From: Hyphochytrium catenoides
Lineage: Eukaryota > Protista > Hyphochytriomycota
Direction: 5' to 3'
NCBI GenBank assembly: GCA_900088475.1
Contig: FLMG01000282.1
Location: forward strand, 1-49,660
DNA: 49,660 nt
The notes under the pieces: model-generated
Database searches by the model: none
What the model saw: only the letters and a program-made list of their open reading frames with translations
Told to the model about the DNA's origin: nothing
Position numbers and translations under genes: made by a program
Shown: one piece after another, positions 23,601 through 35,719 of the stretch
Position numbering within the stretch: the first letter of the stretch is position 1
Layout: every line of letters begins with the position of its first letter

Positions 23601-25486
23601 CTTCCTCATCGGCAACGCTTAGGAGACAGGAGCTGTTGTCCGGGTTATACTGACGAAGGAAAGCCTTGGTCTTTATCTGCAGCACCCAGTCAGCGATGTT
23701 AGTGACGGTCATCGTACTGCAATACTGGAGCCCAGAGTCCTTATTTTTCCCCAGATAGCTATGTTTCCTGGTCATTTTGAGCCTTGAACTATAGTCTGCA
23801 ATTGACTTCCTCTATTAAGAGCTTGGCTAGCTATATCGAGAGTGTCGCTCCCTACTTCGGTCATCTTACGCATCTAACCCCTTTCTTACGCCTAATTGCT
23901 CTGGTTCTGCGCCTGAAGCTAACTCCTTACCCGAGAGTTGTGCCACTCGACGATAACGCTGTGCTTGTCTTCAGGCTGCTCCTGCAGCTTTCGCAGCAAA
24001 TCCGTCTTTTCGAAGTCCAGTTGAACCTATCGACAGGAGAGATCATACCCCAGACAAAGCGCGCAAGAAGCGGCAAGCGCGTCAGAACCTCCCCGTGTAA
24101 TAGCAAGAGACTCTATTCGTTCTCGAATGCAGTGTGGTCGTTGATGAACGTACCGGCGCCGTTATGATTCCTTTCCTGAGCATTGAAATCATGAAGAGCT
24201 GCTGCAGAAAGGCGTTCATATAACACGTGAAGCCTAAGGAGAGCAAGGTCATTATTCAACCAACCCAACAATGGCAACCGCAATTTCAGGGTCCATCTGG
24301 ACCGTCGTCCACACGCTGCCATCCACTTTCCCTCTCGGCCACTTTCATTGTCCTTGTTACCTTGATTATGAAGACCTGCATACTTCCTCCTGCCTCTGCT
24401 GTCAGTGTCAGGCTCGATATTCCACTTTCCACTGAGTAGCACAGCTGCCCCGTTTATAAAATCAAATAGGTGTTGGAGAAGGAGAGAGGACGAGGCGGGG
24501 CAGCGGAACATCTCCAAGAGCAGCAGATCAAACGCCTGACGTCGAGCTGCGGCCTGAAAGGAGAGGGTAGACAGGGGAATCGAAGCTACCTTTAGGGACC
24601 AATGAAAAGTCTAACACAGTGAACACCTATGTCGGGGTAGGGGACACAGCAGCCAAGGAGAAAACAAAGGATAGGAAAGCAGCATAAGACCTTAGCTTTT
24701 ATGCGATAGAGCGCTTACCTCCCCACAAAGCGGCCATGAGATCTTGTGTCTAGGAGAGGGCAGAGGGACGAGATACTCCAGGAATATCTTGTCCACAACG
24801 TTTACAGGAAGGACAAGAGACGCCGAGAAAGGAAGAGAGAGCACCTGCTGCAGTACCAGCAGTAATGTTTGCACTAAAGAGTTGGGGTTCGAGAAAGGAG
24901 GGGGAGAAGTCCCTCTCTTTTCAGGCTCAAAGGGGGAGAGAGCGGATGTTTCTCCCTCCTGCGTGTAACACAAGGATCTTACTTCATCCTTCTCCAGCAC
25001 GTAGAAGATGTCTTGGACCAACTGCACGGCAGAGGCAGGAGAAAGGCCATCGGAAGCTATGACGGCCTGCAAAAGCAGTAGGAACTGCATATGCCCGCGG
25101 CTGCACACAGAGGACATCTTTACCAGCATCACACGCAGAAGTAGTTGGTTTACCTGTGAACAAAAGAGAAAGGGAGACAGGCAGGAATAGTTAAGCAAAG
25201 TCATAGTCTAGGAAGAGATACAGGGAGGAAGTGAGTACGACAGGATCGCTGCTCACCTCTGCGCTTTGCTTCTTGAGCTTCAGGAGCACTCTGATAGCTA
25301 CTGACCGCACCTGCTCGGGTGCAGCACCGAGCAGCAAATTCTCCACAATCTATGTAGCGATTCAGTCAGATTGATACACAGGAACACAGCGGTCATCAAC
25401 TAGGAAACAAGGGACGGAAGAAGCATCCGACTTGTTGGCAGCCTCTCAAGCCAGAGGGGATAACGATGATCACCAATTAATAGCGA

Positions 25487-25531
<45 letters not shown>

Positions 25532-28500
25532 GGAGAGCGAGAAAGAGGGAGAGAGGGGGAGGAAAAGAGAGAATAGCGTAAATGGAAGCCTGCCTTCTCA
25601 TTAAGAGCATACCTTCCCTATGACATTTCCTTCCAAAAAGATCTTGACAGCTTCTTTTTCTTGGTCTATGATTGCCTCTATGGTTCTAAGCCCGCTGACG
25701 ATCATGTCTTGGTTCAAGTTAGAGGACAGGGCTCCACTGTCTTCTTCCGTTCCTCTCTTTCTCTGGTCTGCTTTCTCTTCATCTTCAATTGAGAGCGCTT
25801 CACAATGGGTGAGGACAATCTTTGCTAGCCGAGAGAGAAGGGCCCCATAGTCCACAGTTGGCGTGGAGAACAGAGGCGGAGCAGCGGTAACGTGGGTCGC
25901 ATTAATCTTAGTCTGCGGGCTGTAGGAGGCGAGAATCCAAGAGAATGTTAGATTGGCGCTGGAGCCCTGGCTAGGTGAACAACAGAAAGCGAAGGACGCT
26001 TCAAACGACGTGTCCCGAGCACAGTACAACGGAGACAGGGTAAGGCTAATGCAACGGAGAGCAGGAGTGCACTCGAGATAAACGCATGACAGACCTCTGA
26101 AGCATATCTTCATTCTCTGAGTCATCCTCCACGGCTTGCGCCTCTTCAAATTTCTCTCGCTGTCTGCCTGAATCCTTGGCCCTGTGCTCAAACAGACAGA
26201 AGTTTATAATCCGCAGTCCCACAGCGTCCAGCGCCTCACTCTCTTCGTCTTCATTCATAAGGAGGTGTAGGACCTCTTCGAAACCTCCATGAAACATAAA
26301 CTGAGTTAAGAAGTCTTCTGCTCTATCTATTGCTCCTGCGGGTGACTCTCCCACAGAGGGACCGGCCGCCATAGAACCTCGGAGATACGCATCTATAATC
26401 TGAAGGATGTAGACTGAGCGAGACAGGCTCTTTGACCCTAGTAGTTCCTTCCATCTAGTTCTGAGCGTGAAGCAGGCAGCAGCAGCAGCAGTAAGGTATG
26501 GATGGGAGCAAACCGGTCAGAGACTAAGATTTTCGCCCAGGATTATTGGCCACAAGAGCCAGCCGACTTGAGGATGGAGAGCAGCTAAACACTCTCAGGG
26601 ATCCGACATATACACCGACAACTATTTAATGAAAAAGTGACGTGGCAAATCGACGTTATCGTCCGAAGAGCATGTGAGAAAGCACCTTGATGCCAGAGCT
26701 GGGGATGCCGCTTCTCGAACCTCCTGCTTTAGCTTCACGGAGGTCGGTAGCAGCATTAAAAGATTCCAAATGCATTCACTAGTCTTGGGATGCCGCACGC
26801 AATCCAACAGATGGAACAAGATCTGACGCGGCAGAGAGCGTCCGGCGGCAGATGAGAAGAAGTTTTTAGCAGAGGAGCAAAAAAACAAGGGGAACATCCA
26901 ATGTACCTGAAGATATTTGTCGGTGCTGGCAATTGCAAGGCCTCCAGAAGGCTCATTCGCTGCGCCGATAGAGCTTTCCTCCATATCTTGTTGTCTAGCT
27001 GCTGTGGGACGATACGTGGCCTCATTGAAGAGCACAGCGACCAGTGTGATCTCGTGACTCTCTGAAAAGGAGAGGTCAATGACAGCAAGAAACAACGAAG
27101 GCCGCGTCAGCTCTGTGAGTTTTAGACCTGGAAGGAGTGCCCTGAATATTATGGCACACACAGTACTCGATAGCAAGCTGCGGGTGCACAGAAGTAGAGG
27201 ATATTATGTCAAGTAAGTCCCATCTTACCCTTCGTTATCTTCATAAGCTTAGTTAACGTCATCGTCTCATTTTCCAGCACTCTTCCTCTTGAAATAACGC
27301 GGATCAGTCCCGCACTATGACCTGCGGCTGAGGCTATCCGGCGCCGCAGCTTGCCCAGCGTCTCATTCGACTGGGCCTCTAGTACCAGATGGGAGAGCTC
27401 AGACTGCAGGATGTGAAAATGGAGGCGGCAAAACAGGAAAGTAAGGCATGCGGCAGCGGTTAGAAAAGTATGTCTTTGGACTACTATGCCAAATGATCCT
27501 ACCGCGGCCTCCATCGTTCCATACTTCTGGCACTTCACGTGGACCACCACTCTGCGTGCGCGGGGAGACATTAGGAGAAGTTTAAGCATATAGGGATCAG
27601 GGAGAGAGACAGGGGGAGAGAAGACAAGGGAGAGAGAAAGAGAGACAGAAGAGAAAGAATGGAACCCAAACTCTTGAGAAGTTTCAAGCGAAAGGGTTGA
27701 AATAGTTCACCTGTTGCCTTGGCATTCTGCCCCATGAGAAGCGACAGGCGATGGGTCAATAGAACTGAGATACCGCCTGAATGTGACCGCAGCATTAGAG
27801 GGATGCAAGCGATCATCGTGGGGCAAAAGTATTAAGAAAACTCAACATGATAGCTACGCTCGCCGGCCTGGTCATTACGAGAAACACTTTGTAAACGAGG
27901 GAGACGTACCTTAGGATGCCTATGGAACGCTGGATCCTAATCAAATGTCTCATTCTCTCCTCCTTCCCCCCATTCTCAACCTTCTTTTCACCCAGAGCTG
28001 ACGTCTCTTTCTCTAGACTTTTAAAGATCCTTTGGAAGAGATCACTTTGCCCGGCTTTCTGTGCACTTTCAAGCCCTGCTCTGAATCCTTCCTTGGCTAT
28101 TGCTTCATATATCTGCAGCAACTCGTCCGCTGCAGCCCCCGCCACATCCTCAGCCTGGGCATCAAGTGCCACCTTCCAGAAGGTATCGATACCCTGAATC
28201 TCTTTCACTGAATGGCCTTGTGATAAAAACTCCCCGATCCCGCCATAAGTGCGTAGGAACGGGTTTAACAGAACGAAGTACTTGTGGAAACACTACAAAG
28301 TTCAGTGTGGCGAAGAAGGAGGCAAGCGTCGAGCCAGCCACCAAATCGACAGCCACAAGCAAAACACAGCGGTTGTTAGCTTGAGACGACAGAGCTAGGA
28401 GATATCAGCGGCAAGGTAAAGAAGTAGGCATGGAAAGTTCGACTTCCCTGAACATCTCTGCTGCTTCGCGACTCAACAAGTAACGCTTTTGGTATTCTCC

Positions 28501-31500
28501 TCTGTCCCTTACCTTGTACCCTAGGTGACCCAGCCGGCTGAGGTCCATATCTCTGCCCATAAGCTCTTTGAAGATATAGGAGGAGACTTCCAACCCGAAG
28601 GCAGCTTCCAGGCTCTCCCGCGTAGCTGTTAAGCGACGTATGTCAGCTCAGTGACAAGGAAGAAGGACAGGCAGAAGGATGAAGATACAGCTCTCAAAGG
28701 TACGAATGCTTCTCAAATCCCCATTGCCTTAACAAGAGGCAAGAATAATGGAAGGGCCACTGCTGATACCCATGTAAAGACAACGTGATAGTATCCACCT
28801 GCATCAGCCAAGAATGCGAAGAGCAGTTCCTTCTCTTGGTCCTCATGGAGCATATCCCAAAGAGTCTTCACGTGCTCGATGCTCAGACGGACTTGCCCAG
28901 TCAATCCATGAACAAAGCGAAGAAGCTCGAGACGCCTTCTCAGGTGCTGCCGATGGCTCTCCGCCTCCCGGTCTAAGCTCCTTCGTAGAGTTAGAGGGAA
29001 GGCAATAGAATAACGTCAAAAGGTGCGTCAGAAAGCCCTCACTCCTCTTTGACCGTCCCTCCACGTGCGCAGAAACAAGAGACCAACGTGTACTTCTGCG
29101 GCCTACTTGCTCAGTCACCCTTTCCCAGAGACCAGCTTGTCAAACCTCTTGCTTTATGTTTCAAAACCCTACATTGCAGCCTCCGATGCACGTCTTAGGG
29201 ATGTCGCACCGTTCCTAGGTAGTCCATCGGAGGTGAACAAGCTCCTCTTCTCTCTCTTTCTCTTCTTTCGCGGAGAGCACTCATACCTGGACAAAAAGGC
29301 TTGCAACTCACTGAATAGCAGTGCCTGGATGCCGTGTGTGCTGTTTAACGCCACAATAATTGACTCCTGTTCAGTGCCGTACGACTCCAGAAGAAAACGT
29401 AGAGACTCCAAACAACGAGTCAGACGTGCCTCCAGGGCCTCAGCTGCAAGTCCCAGTAGTGAGTTTGATGAGGGTGAGCGGGAAGAAGCCTTTTTCATAG
29501 TCTCCAGGCACTCTGCGATGAAGCTTTCTCGCTTCTCCCACCCCGCTTCGGTCTTCAACGCTTGCATGAAGAACTCTCCTTGAAGAAGAGTGCCAGTACT
29601 CTTCGGGTTCTGCTCCAAGGCCCAAAGTACATCCATCAGGGTAGAAAGTACCGCTGGGGGCTTCAGCAGCAGAGAAGAGACCGACACTTTCGCCAGCTTT
29701 TCAACCAATGAGGCCAGCTGCGGGAAATTGTCCGCCTATTCGAGAGTAAACGTTACACCTCGTGATATTCTTAATGGAGCCATGGAGGAAGGATAAGCGA
29801 ATGGAGCTCGATCTTAGCAGCTTGAATGTAAGGAAAGTGCCGCCCACTACCTGGATCACTGGAGACGCCGTTATTGCTAGGAAGGCAGTGAAGAAGACGA
29901 CAGAGATCAGCAGACTTTCATGGCAGACTGACCTGGTCAAGATCTTGTTTGATCTTGTCAAGGAGCTGCACCAGGGCGGGGTCAGGTAACAATGGCGCCA
30001 AGTGGCAGCAGAGGTTCTGCATTTCTTCAATTAGTGTCGTGTCTTTATTCGATGTGGAAGTGCTCCAGATCCTGGCAAGGTGCGCCTCACTTAAGGCGCC
30101 TTGCTCTAGCAGATACGTTGTTATCGGATAACACCTACCACACAGCCATGGAAGAGAAAGAGAGAAGTTATAACAAACAAGGCACTTTATGCTGGCGAAC
30201 GAAGTGTTTTCATTTTCCTTTGGCCTGTCCCTCTCTCCATCCAGTTTCCATTCTGTCTCTTCTTCGCCTGGTCTCTCTCTCTCTTCTTCCTTCTCTCTTC
30301 TTTCTTAGCTAAAAAGGGAAATGGGTTACCTGCTCACGATCTCTCTATGTATTCTGTCCCCGAATATATCTTCTATGATTTGACTCTCCAGGATCCACTG
30401 AACCAGCGCGTCATCGACACTCCGATGGTCAGCCGCCAAGCCCTCATCCTCGACCTTCTCATAAACAGGCACCATAGTCGGCGCTGGAAGCCTCCCGGCC
30501 CCACCTGGAACTGGCATCCACCCGTCTGATGGCGGTACATCTTGGGGCTCTGCCCCTAATGGCGGCTTATACTGGTAGTACAACGACTCCTTGTCGGGGC
30601 CAAAGATGCTGGCGTCGGCCTCAGCGACAAACCACTGTCGAGCACCCAGTCGCGTGGTGCAGCTAAATAGTGCAAAGGATTGGTCACTTTGAGGCCGCTG
30701 CATGATATACCGGCTTAGCTCTTTCCCTATCCCGCGACTGTCCTCCTCCTCTAAGTTATACAAGCCATTGACTTCACTAGAGCCAGCGTGTCGTACTATA
30801 ACCTCAATCGGCCTTCCTCTCATCTGCTTCACTTTGTTAATCACGGCCACCAGCTGCTCATAGCCAAAAAGGCGCTGGGGAAGAGAAGACGAAGTGATAA
30901 AGGTCCTCACCAGCCGAAGCCACTTATCAAGAGCCTCACGACGCTGAGAGATGGAGTCAAAATCTGCAAGCCTTAGAACGTCCTGAATCAGCCCTCCCAC
31001 CACCTCTGTGGACTCTTTCTTCAGCTCCTCTACAGGCAGAGACGAGATCGCCTCCAGCACACAGGCGGAGATCCCCTCCACCGCGTCCGGTGAGATCTTC
31101 GTCTTCACCTCACCCACGGCGACGACAAGAATGCGAACATCCTCCCAGTTCAAGGTGAAGTCACGCTCCTTGGTATGCGAAGCTGGCTGAAAGTAGCTGC
31201 AGAGCATTCTGGTGAGAGCTTCAAACCCTCCTCGCTCCGCAAAGGTGTTAATGGCGTCGAGTCGCAGCTCGGGAGCTCCAGGAAGCTTATTCCAATAGCT
31301 GGTCATGCCAGACGGTGAGGGGCGTATCTGCGAAGAAGGGAAGACGGAATTGTAAGCTTCGGCAATGTCGGACTAATCGTAGAAGACTAAGGAGGACCAG
31401 TAGATCCTCTGCTTAGTGTCTCGGCACCCTACAGAGAGGAGGACTGCTTGGAAGGTTACTTCTTCCTCCAGCCAGCCGTTGTTCCAGACTCACTTTCTTA

Positions 31501-32089
31501 CCTCTTTATATAGCACACGTCGGCGGTTGAAGACCATAGCAATAGCAGGGATAGCAAACATTTGACCATCATGGGCAAGGCGGCCTAAGACCTCCATGCT
31601 CCTGGCCAGGCAGGTCGTCACACATCCCTTTTCGAAGGTTCCGAGCTTACTAGGACTAGTGCGGGGTGGGATGGTACGGAGAAAAGGCAGGAGCAGGAGG
31701 AGGGAGAAGAGTTAGCGTGACGGGAAGAATTGGCCTCTGCGGCGCTGGAGAAGGTCCTTACTGCTGGTCCAGCATGATGTGGAGGATCTTGGATAAGCAG
31801 CGGCGCAAGAAATGCTGCCCCTCGGGTGTCCCGTACTGACGCAGGGCTGCCTCTAATGATGTGTACGAGTTCTTCCAGCCAACTAGAAACGACAAAAGTC
31901 AGAGAGAAGAGGCCAACGTTAGTCTCTGTCCATTCTGCCACTCGAGCCATTCCGATATCTACCTGTGGCGGTAGCCTCGAGATCGTGCTCTACCCTGCGA
32001 AAGAGAGATACGTCATTTTCTTCAAGGAGCGAGCTATCACCCTCATCAGGGGTCTCCGCATCGCTCATGACTGTCATGCTGCTCTCCAT
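17654..32089 (-). CDS. Giant ubiquitin C-terminal hydrolase (USP9X/24/34-like, peptidase C19), many exons
   Basis: Cys box AGLHNQG|FTCYMNAFLQQLF (~24380-24190), QQNDASEF (~23190), LPQVLILHLKRFDLDY, His box GVLVHSGVAQGGHYYSFI..WFKFDD (~21850-21750), NNALMLFYE; ubiquitin-like insert ~27250-27400; long helical N-terminal half. Confidence 0.9.
25491..25572. repeat. (GA)n microsatellite in a USP intron
   Basis: Long gagaga run followed by a purine-rich tail. Confidence 0.9.
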
Positions 32090-32099
32090 AACGCAGCTC

Positions 32100-33090
32100 A
32101 GTGGCCAGGCGTTAGACAGCCCGCGCACCTAGGGGAGTCGACGCACGCCTAATATTCTCACGGTTGCCAGCGGAACATGTGCTGCTGGCATTGGGGGTCA
32201 ATGCTAAGGTTCTTTGGTATCTCAACATCTTGCATACCTTCTTTCTTTTGAGACACGGTTGATGCTTCAGCTAGTACGGACCTCTACTTTCTATACACGA
32301 CGCTCTGGAGTGGGAGGACAGTTCCTCGAAAAGATTCTCCCTTTCTCTCCTGCTTCAACTTGCGCGTCAGCTAAAAGATGCGCCCGTTACCTTTCGAAAG
32401 AGCCTCAAGGTCAAGACCTGGTCGGGGCGTCCGCAAGAGCGCGAGCTCTTAAGCTAGAAGAATGACGAGATAGACTTGTCACCGAGCGCTGCTGTTCCTT
32501 TGTTGAGGAGCGAGAGCTGAGAGAAAGAGAGAAATGAAGTGAGCAAAAAGTGATCTGAGAGAGACAGAGCGAGAGACAGAGCGAGAGGGAGAGAGAGAGA
32601 CAGGGAGAGAGACAACGAGAGAGAGAGACAAAGAGAGAGAGAGAGAAGAGAGAGGGAGGAACGGGCCGAAGGGAAAGATAGAACTCGAGCAGGAGAGGAA
32701 AGGGAAGAGAACCAGCTTCCGATCAGTGACAGAAAAAACCTAACCAACTCCGGATATACATAATCTGCACGTGCTCTATTCCTCATATTAGAGGGCTTTG
32801 TCTCCTCTCCCTGTTTGAGACCCTTGAGCCCTGTCTTGAATGCACAAGATCGCGAATTTATCCACAAAGATATCACGCCAATCTTCAAACCCAAACCTAT
32901 GCCGCCCACAGGCCACATCCTTAAGCTGCACGGAGCTCTCCACCCTAGAGAAAGGCCATGCTCGCGATTGTTGATGTCTTCTGAAGCTTCTGACGGAGAT
33001 TCAGGCCTTCATCTTGCAGTTCTCAGACAGTGCTTGGTGCAAGCTTCCACCGCTGAAGCGATAAACATGATCTTAGGGGGCCGTAGAGCT
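32100..33090 (-). mobile_element. Degenerate Helitron pre-Rep/Rep region (element B 5' part), interrupted by a GA microsatellite
   Basis: Minus strand: GGSLHQALSENCKMKA*ISVRSFRRHQQSRA (33051-32959; cf. GRLFQQ..VD...K.E..RL.F.R.NQ..LRA), YPELVRFF (~32755; cf. RPD.V.RVF), KVEVRTS*SINRVSK (from 32290; cf. NVEVC.S..SIKY..KY). Confidence 0.55.
32556..32660. repeat. Degenerate (GA)n/GAGACA microsatellite
   Basis: Purine-rich gaga/gaca repeats. Confidence 0.85.
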
Positions 33091-33229
33091 TAGGTCAACA
33101 CTAGCAACGAGCGTCATTTCGGTCTATCTATAGTCTAGAAGGCTAGCTTTCACAAATTGATGCTTCTGTTATGCCTCCTACCCTGACGTCGCCGTCTGCT
33201 TCAAGTAGAGAGTGGGGAGGGTACTACCT

Positions 33230-34070
33230 CGCTATCTGAGTTCTCCTCGAATACATCGAGACGAATTGCTGTTGGGAGGGCTCAGGACAGAATGTTCGTA
33301 GCAGCAACGCTTACCAAGTCTCTATCGCGTGAGGTTTTTACGAGAGCATAGCTATGCCCATGCTCAAGTACAGAAGACGCCAAACAAGGAGCCTCTGGTC
33401 GAGTCAATAAACGTAGCTGTCGCGGTTTACCTAGTATCCTAGCTGAGATACTTAGAAGGTCGTCAGGAAGATGGGGGCGAAAAGGGAGGAGAGTAGTAGT
33501 ATGCACTCAGAAGTAGCGGCAAGATAAAATAATTACTCCGGAGTATCGATCAAGCTGAGATGTATTGCAAGAGGCAGCTTGGTAAGGAAGACTGCGACAC
33601 CTCTGAGAGATTTCGAGCGGCGTCCAGGAGGTAGATCGCTACTTGAGTTGTACTGACTCTAAGATAGATGATATGAAGTAGTGTTCTCTTATGGCAGTGA
33701 CCATTGCCTTTTGAAGGCCAAATTGCATTGTCTCATTTCCGATGTATACTACCCCACGTCTTGCTGATAGTGTGCTGGGTTCTCCCGCTGTGACGGCTCT
33801 CACTTGGACGGCAGCAGTACTTACACTCTGTCAGGTGGTCAAGCTAATGTCAAGGATGGTCTTTCACCTCTAAGACAGAATGAGGAGCACCCCAAGAGGC
33901 GCCCGGAGCCACGCCACTGCCTCTCGAAAGGAGTGAGGGATACCATTTCTGGCATCATCCGCGACAGAGGGCAGTTTACAAGAACCCCCCGCGTTTCTTC
34001 TCGGCAAACGGGAAGGGTGCGTTCTCTTCAAGAAGAACGAACGTGGACATGCAAAGCCTAAGCTTCCGCT
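33230..34070 (-). mobile_element. Degenerate Helitron Pif1 helicase C-terminal half (element C)
   Basis: Minus strand: STFVLLEEN (cf. F..L..NMR), SGRTQHTISKTWG...WPSKGNGHCHKRTLLHI (cf. SG.P.H.L.LK.G...PS.GLCNGTRL), LPFRP...SVLEHGHSYALVKTSR (ORF 33282-33506; cf. FP.R...VFSHGQLYVALSR). Confidence 0.7.
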
Positions 34071-34072
34071 TT

Positions 34073-35705
34073 CTATTTCGTGATATCAGCCGGACGAAGC
34101 CTCTTGGCCCGCTGCACCGCCGTGCCACACGCCGGACAACTAAACATTCACCGCAGACGAGAGTTAGTCTTGCTGTCTTGCCATCGTGATACACAGAGCA
34201 TACCTATAGCTTGCTTCCTGCAGGCAAGCAGACTGGATGCAGAAGTAGCAACATGTATGGCCGCATGTAAGGAGGTAAGGGGTCTAGCACACCAGATGAG
34301 TTAAAACCGATTTGACACCTATGGCTCGCAAAACCATACCTTTGCTGGCCTTTCGGAGCAAATTACACAGTCCTCTGCACCCTTTGACTGCACAAGCTGC
34401 TGGGAAACAAAGTATTTCCTGTAGATCGTGGAAAGCCATTTCCAGGGCAGTAGAGGTACGATGCCTTCGAAAAAGTTCTGGCAGTACAAGGGGTCATAAG
34501 TCACCAACTCCTACTGCTGGCGCTTCTTCCAACATAATAGCTAGTCTTCATACCTTCAGGGCTGCCATAAGAACTTCACGGTTAAGGTACTCAAAAGTGA
34601 TACCGCGGTCAACGGGGGTAGCCGTAGGATAGACCTATCAGAGGCAGAGCAGTGAGTTCGCGCTCTTCGTGAGCACGAGCATAAGTTCTGATCACCATTC
34701 GCATCCGCAGCAGCCTCTCCACCAGTCCAGGGTACATGCCGCCATATAAAAAGGCAATGAAGTTTGCCGTAGACAGTGCGCTGAAGGCAATGTCAACTTT
34801 CTCCATAAAGCGCCATGCTATTTTCCTCTTATCAGACTGCCAAGTAGTACGAGCTCAGTGAGATCAAGGCCATAGAAACTCAACAATAGAAACTGTCACG
34901 AACCTCATCCAAAGCGGCCCAGTTGTTGATAGATGCGTACCGCCTTAGCCTCTTCCAGCCCCAAACGAGGAGTATGTTTAAGACGCCGTACCCTATGCGC
35001 TGAAGAATGTTCGGCCGATCATGAGGCAGCCTCAAGACCTCTAGAAAGAGCGTCGGCCCCGTCAGAAAGGCGATAACATATAGAACTACATTAATAGTAG
35101 GAACTCAAATGTACTCTTACCTCTAAACTCTGGCTTGTTGAACACTCTCTCATCCCTATAAATAAGATTCTGCAGCTTCTGACCCGGTGTAGGCTGTGCG
35201 ATGATATATCTCGTCAAATCCTCGCCGCGTTTCAATGTAGAGCTAATCATGCTAACCTTGTCTGCCCACACACAGAACCGAAAGATACAGAATTGAATTA
35301 TGGCCTCAAGCTCTGGTTTGAAGCGGTCAACTAGGCCGGGCTAAGGAAAGGAAAGGAAGAGTTAGTTAGTTACTAGAAGTGGAACGACCCGACAGAGCGC
35401 CACGTACTCTAAGATATGCACATGCTCGTCGGATCTGTGCAAGTAATAGATCTGAGATCTCGAGGTCAAGAACTTTGGCATCAACTTGGTTTACTCTGGA
35501 GATGTCGATTTCTCCTCGAGGTTGGCTATACATACAAATGGGTAAGAAGCCGAAGAAGTCTCTCACCCCAGCCAACTTACCGGGCAAGCTGCTCCTTATA
35601 TGAAGAGAGAAGGGGCTGAGAAGCTTTCCATTCGGCTTTCCACCGAGATGACCCAAGGGCGATCGGGTTCTTCGTGACGCCAGATCTTGGGAGACTTTCT
35701 GCCAT
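34073..35705 (-). CDS. PEX2: Peroxin-2 RING-finger peroxisome biogenesis factor, multi-exon
   Basis: RVNQVDAKVLDLEI, FKPELEA, PTPGQKLQNLIYRD, NFIAFLYGG.YP.LVERLL.MR, ITFEYLNRE, RING C-V-I-C...CGHTCCYFC...CPAC. Confidence 0.9.
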
Positions 35706-35719
35706 TATGGCGCTAACTA

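Noticed and set aside
32700-32950. A second helicase C-terminus (YVYPEL read as NVVY.E)
   Set aside because: Better explained as pre-Rep/Rep sequence of element B given the flanking motifs, though the reading is ambiguous.
33219-33230. 12-mer GGGTACTACCTC shared with 9275-9286 as a common element end
   Set aside because: Repeated 12-mers are expected by chance in 50 kb, and the orientation relative to the two elements is opposite.
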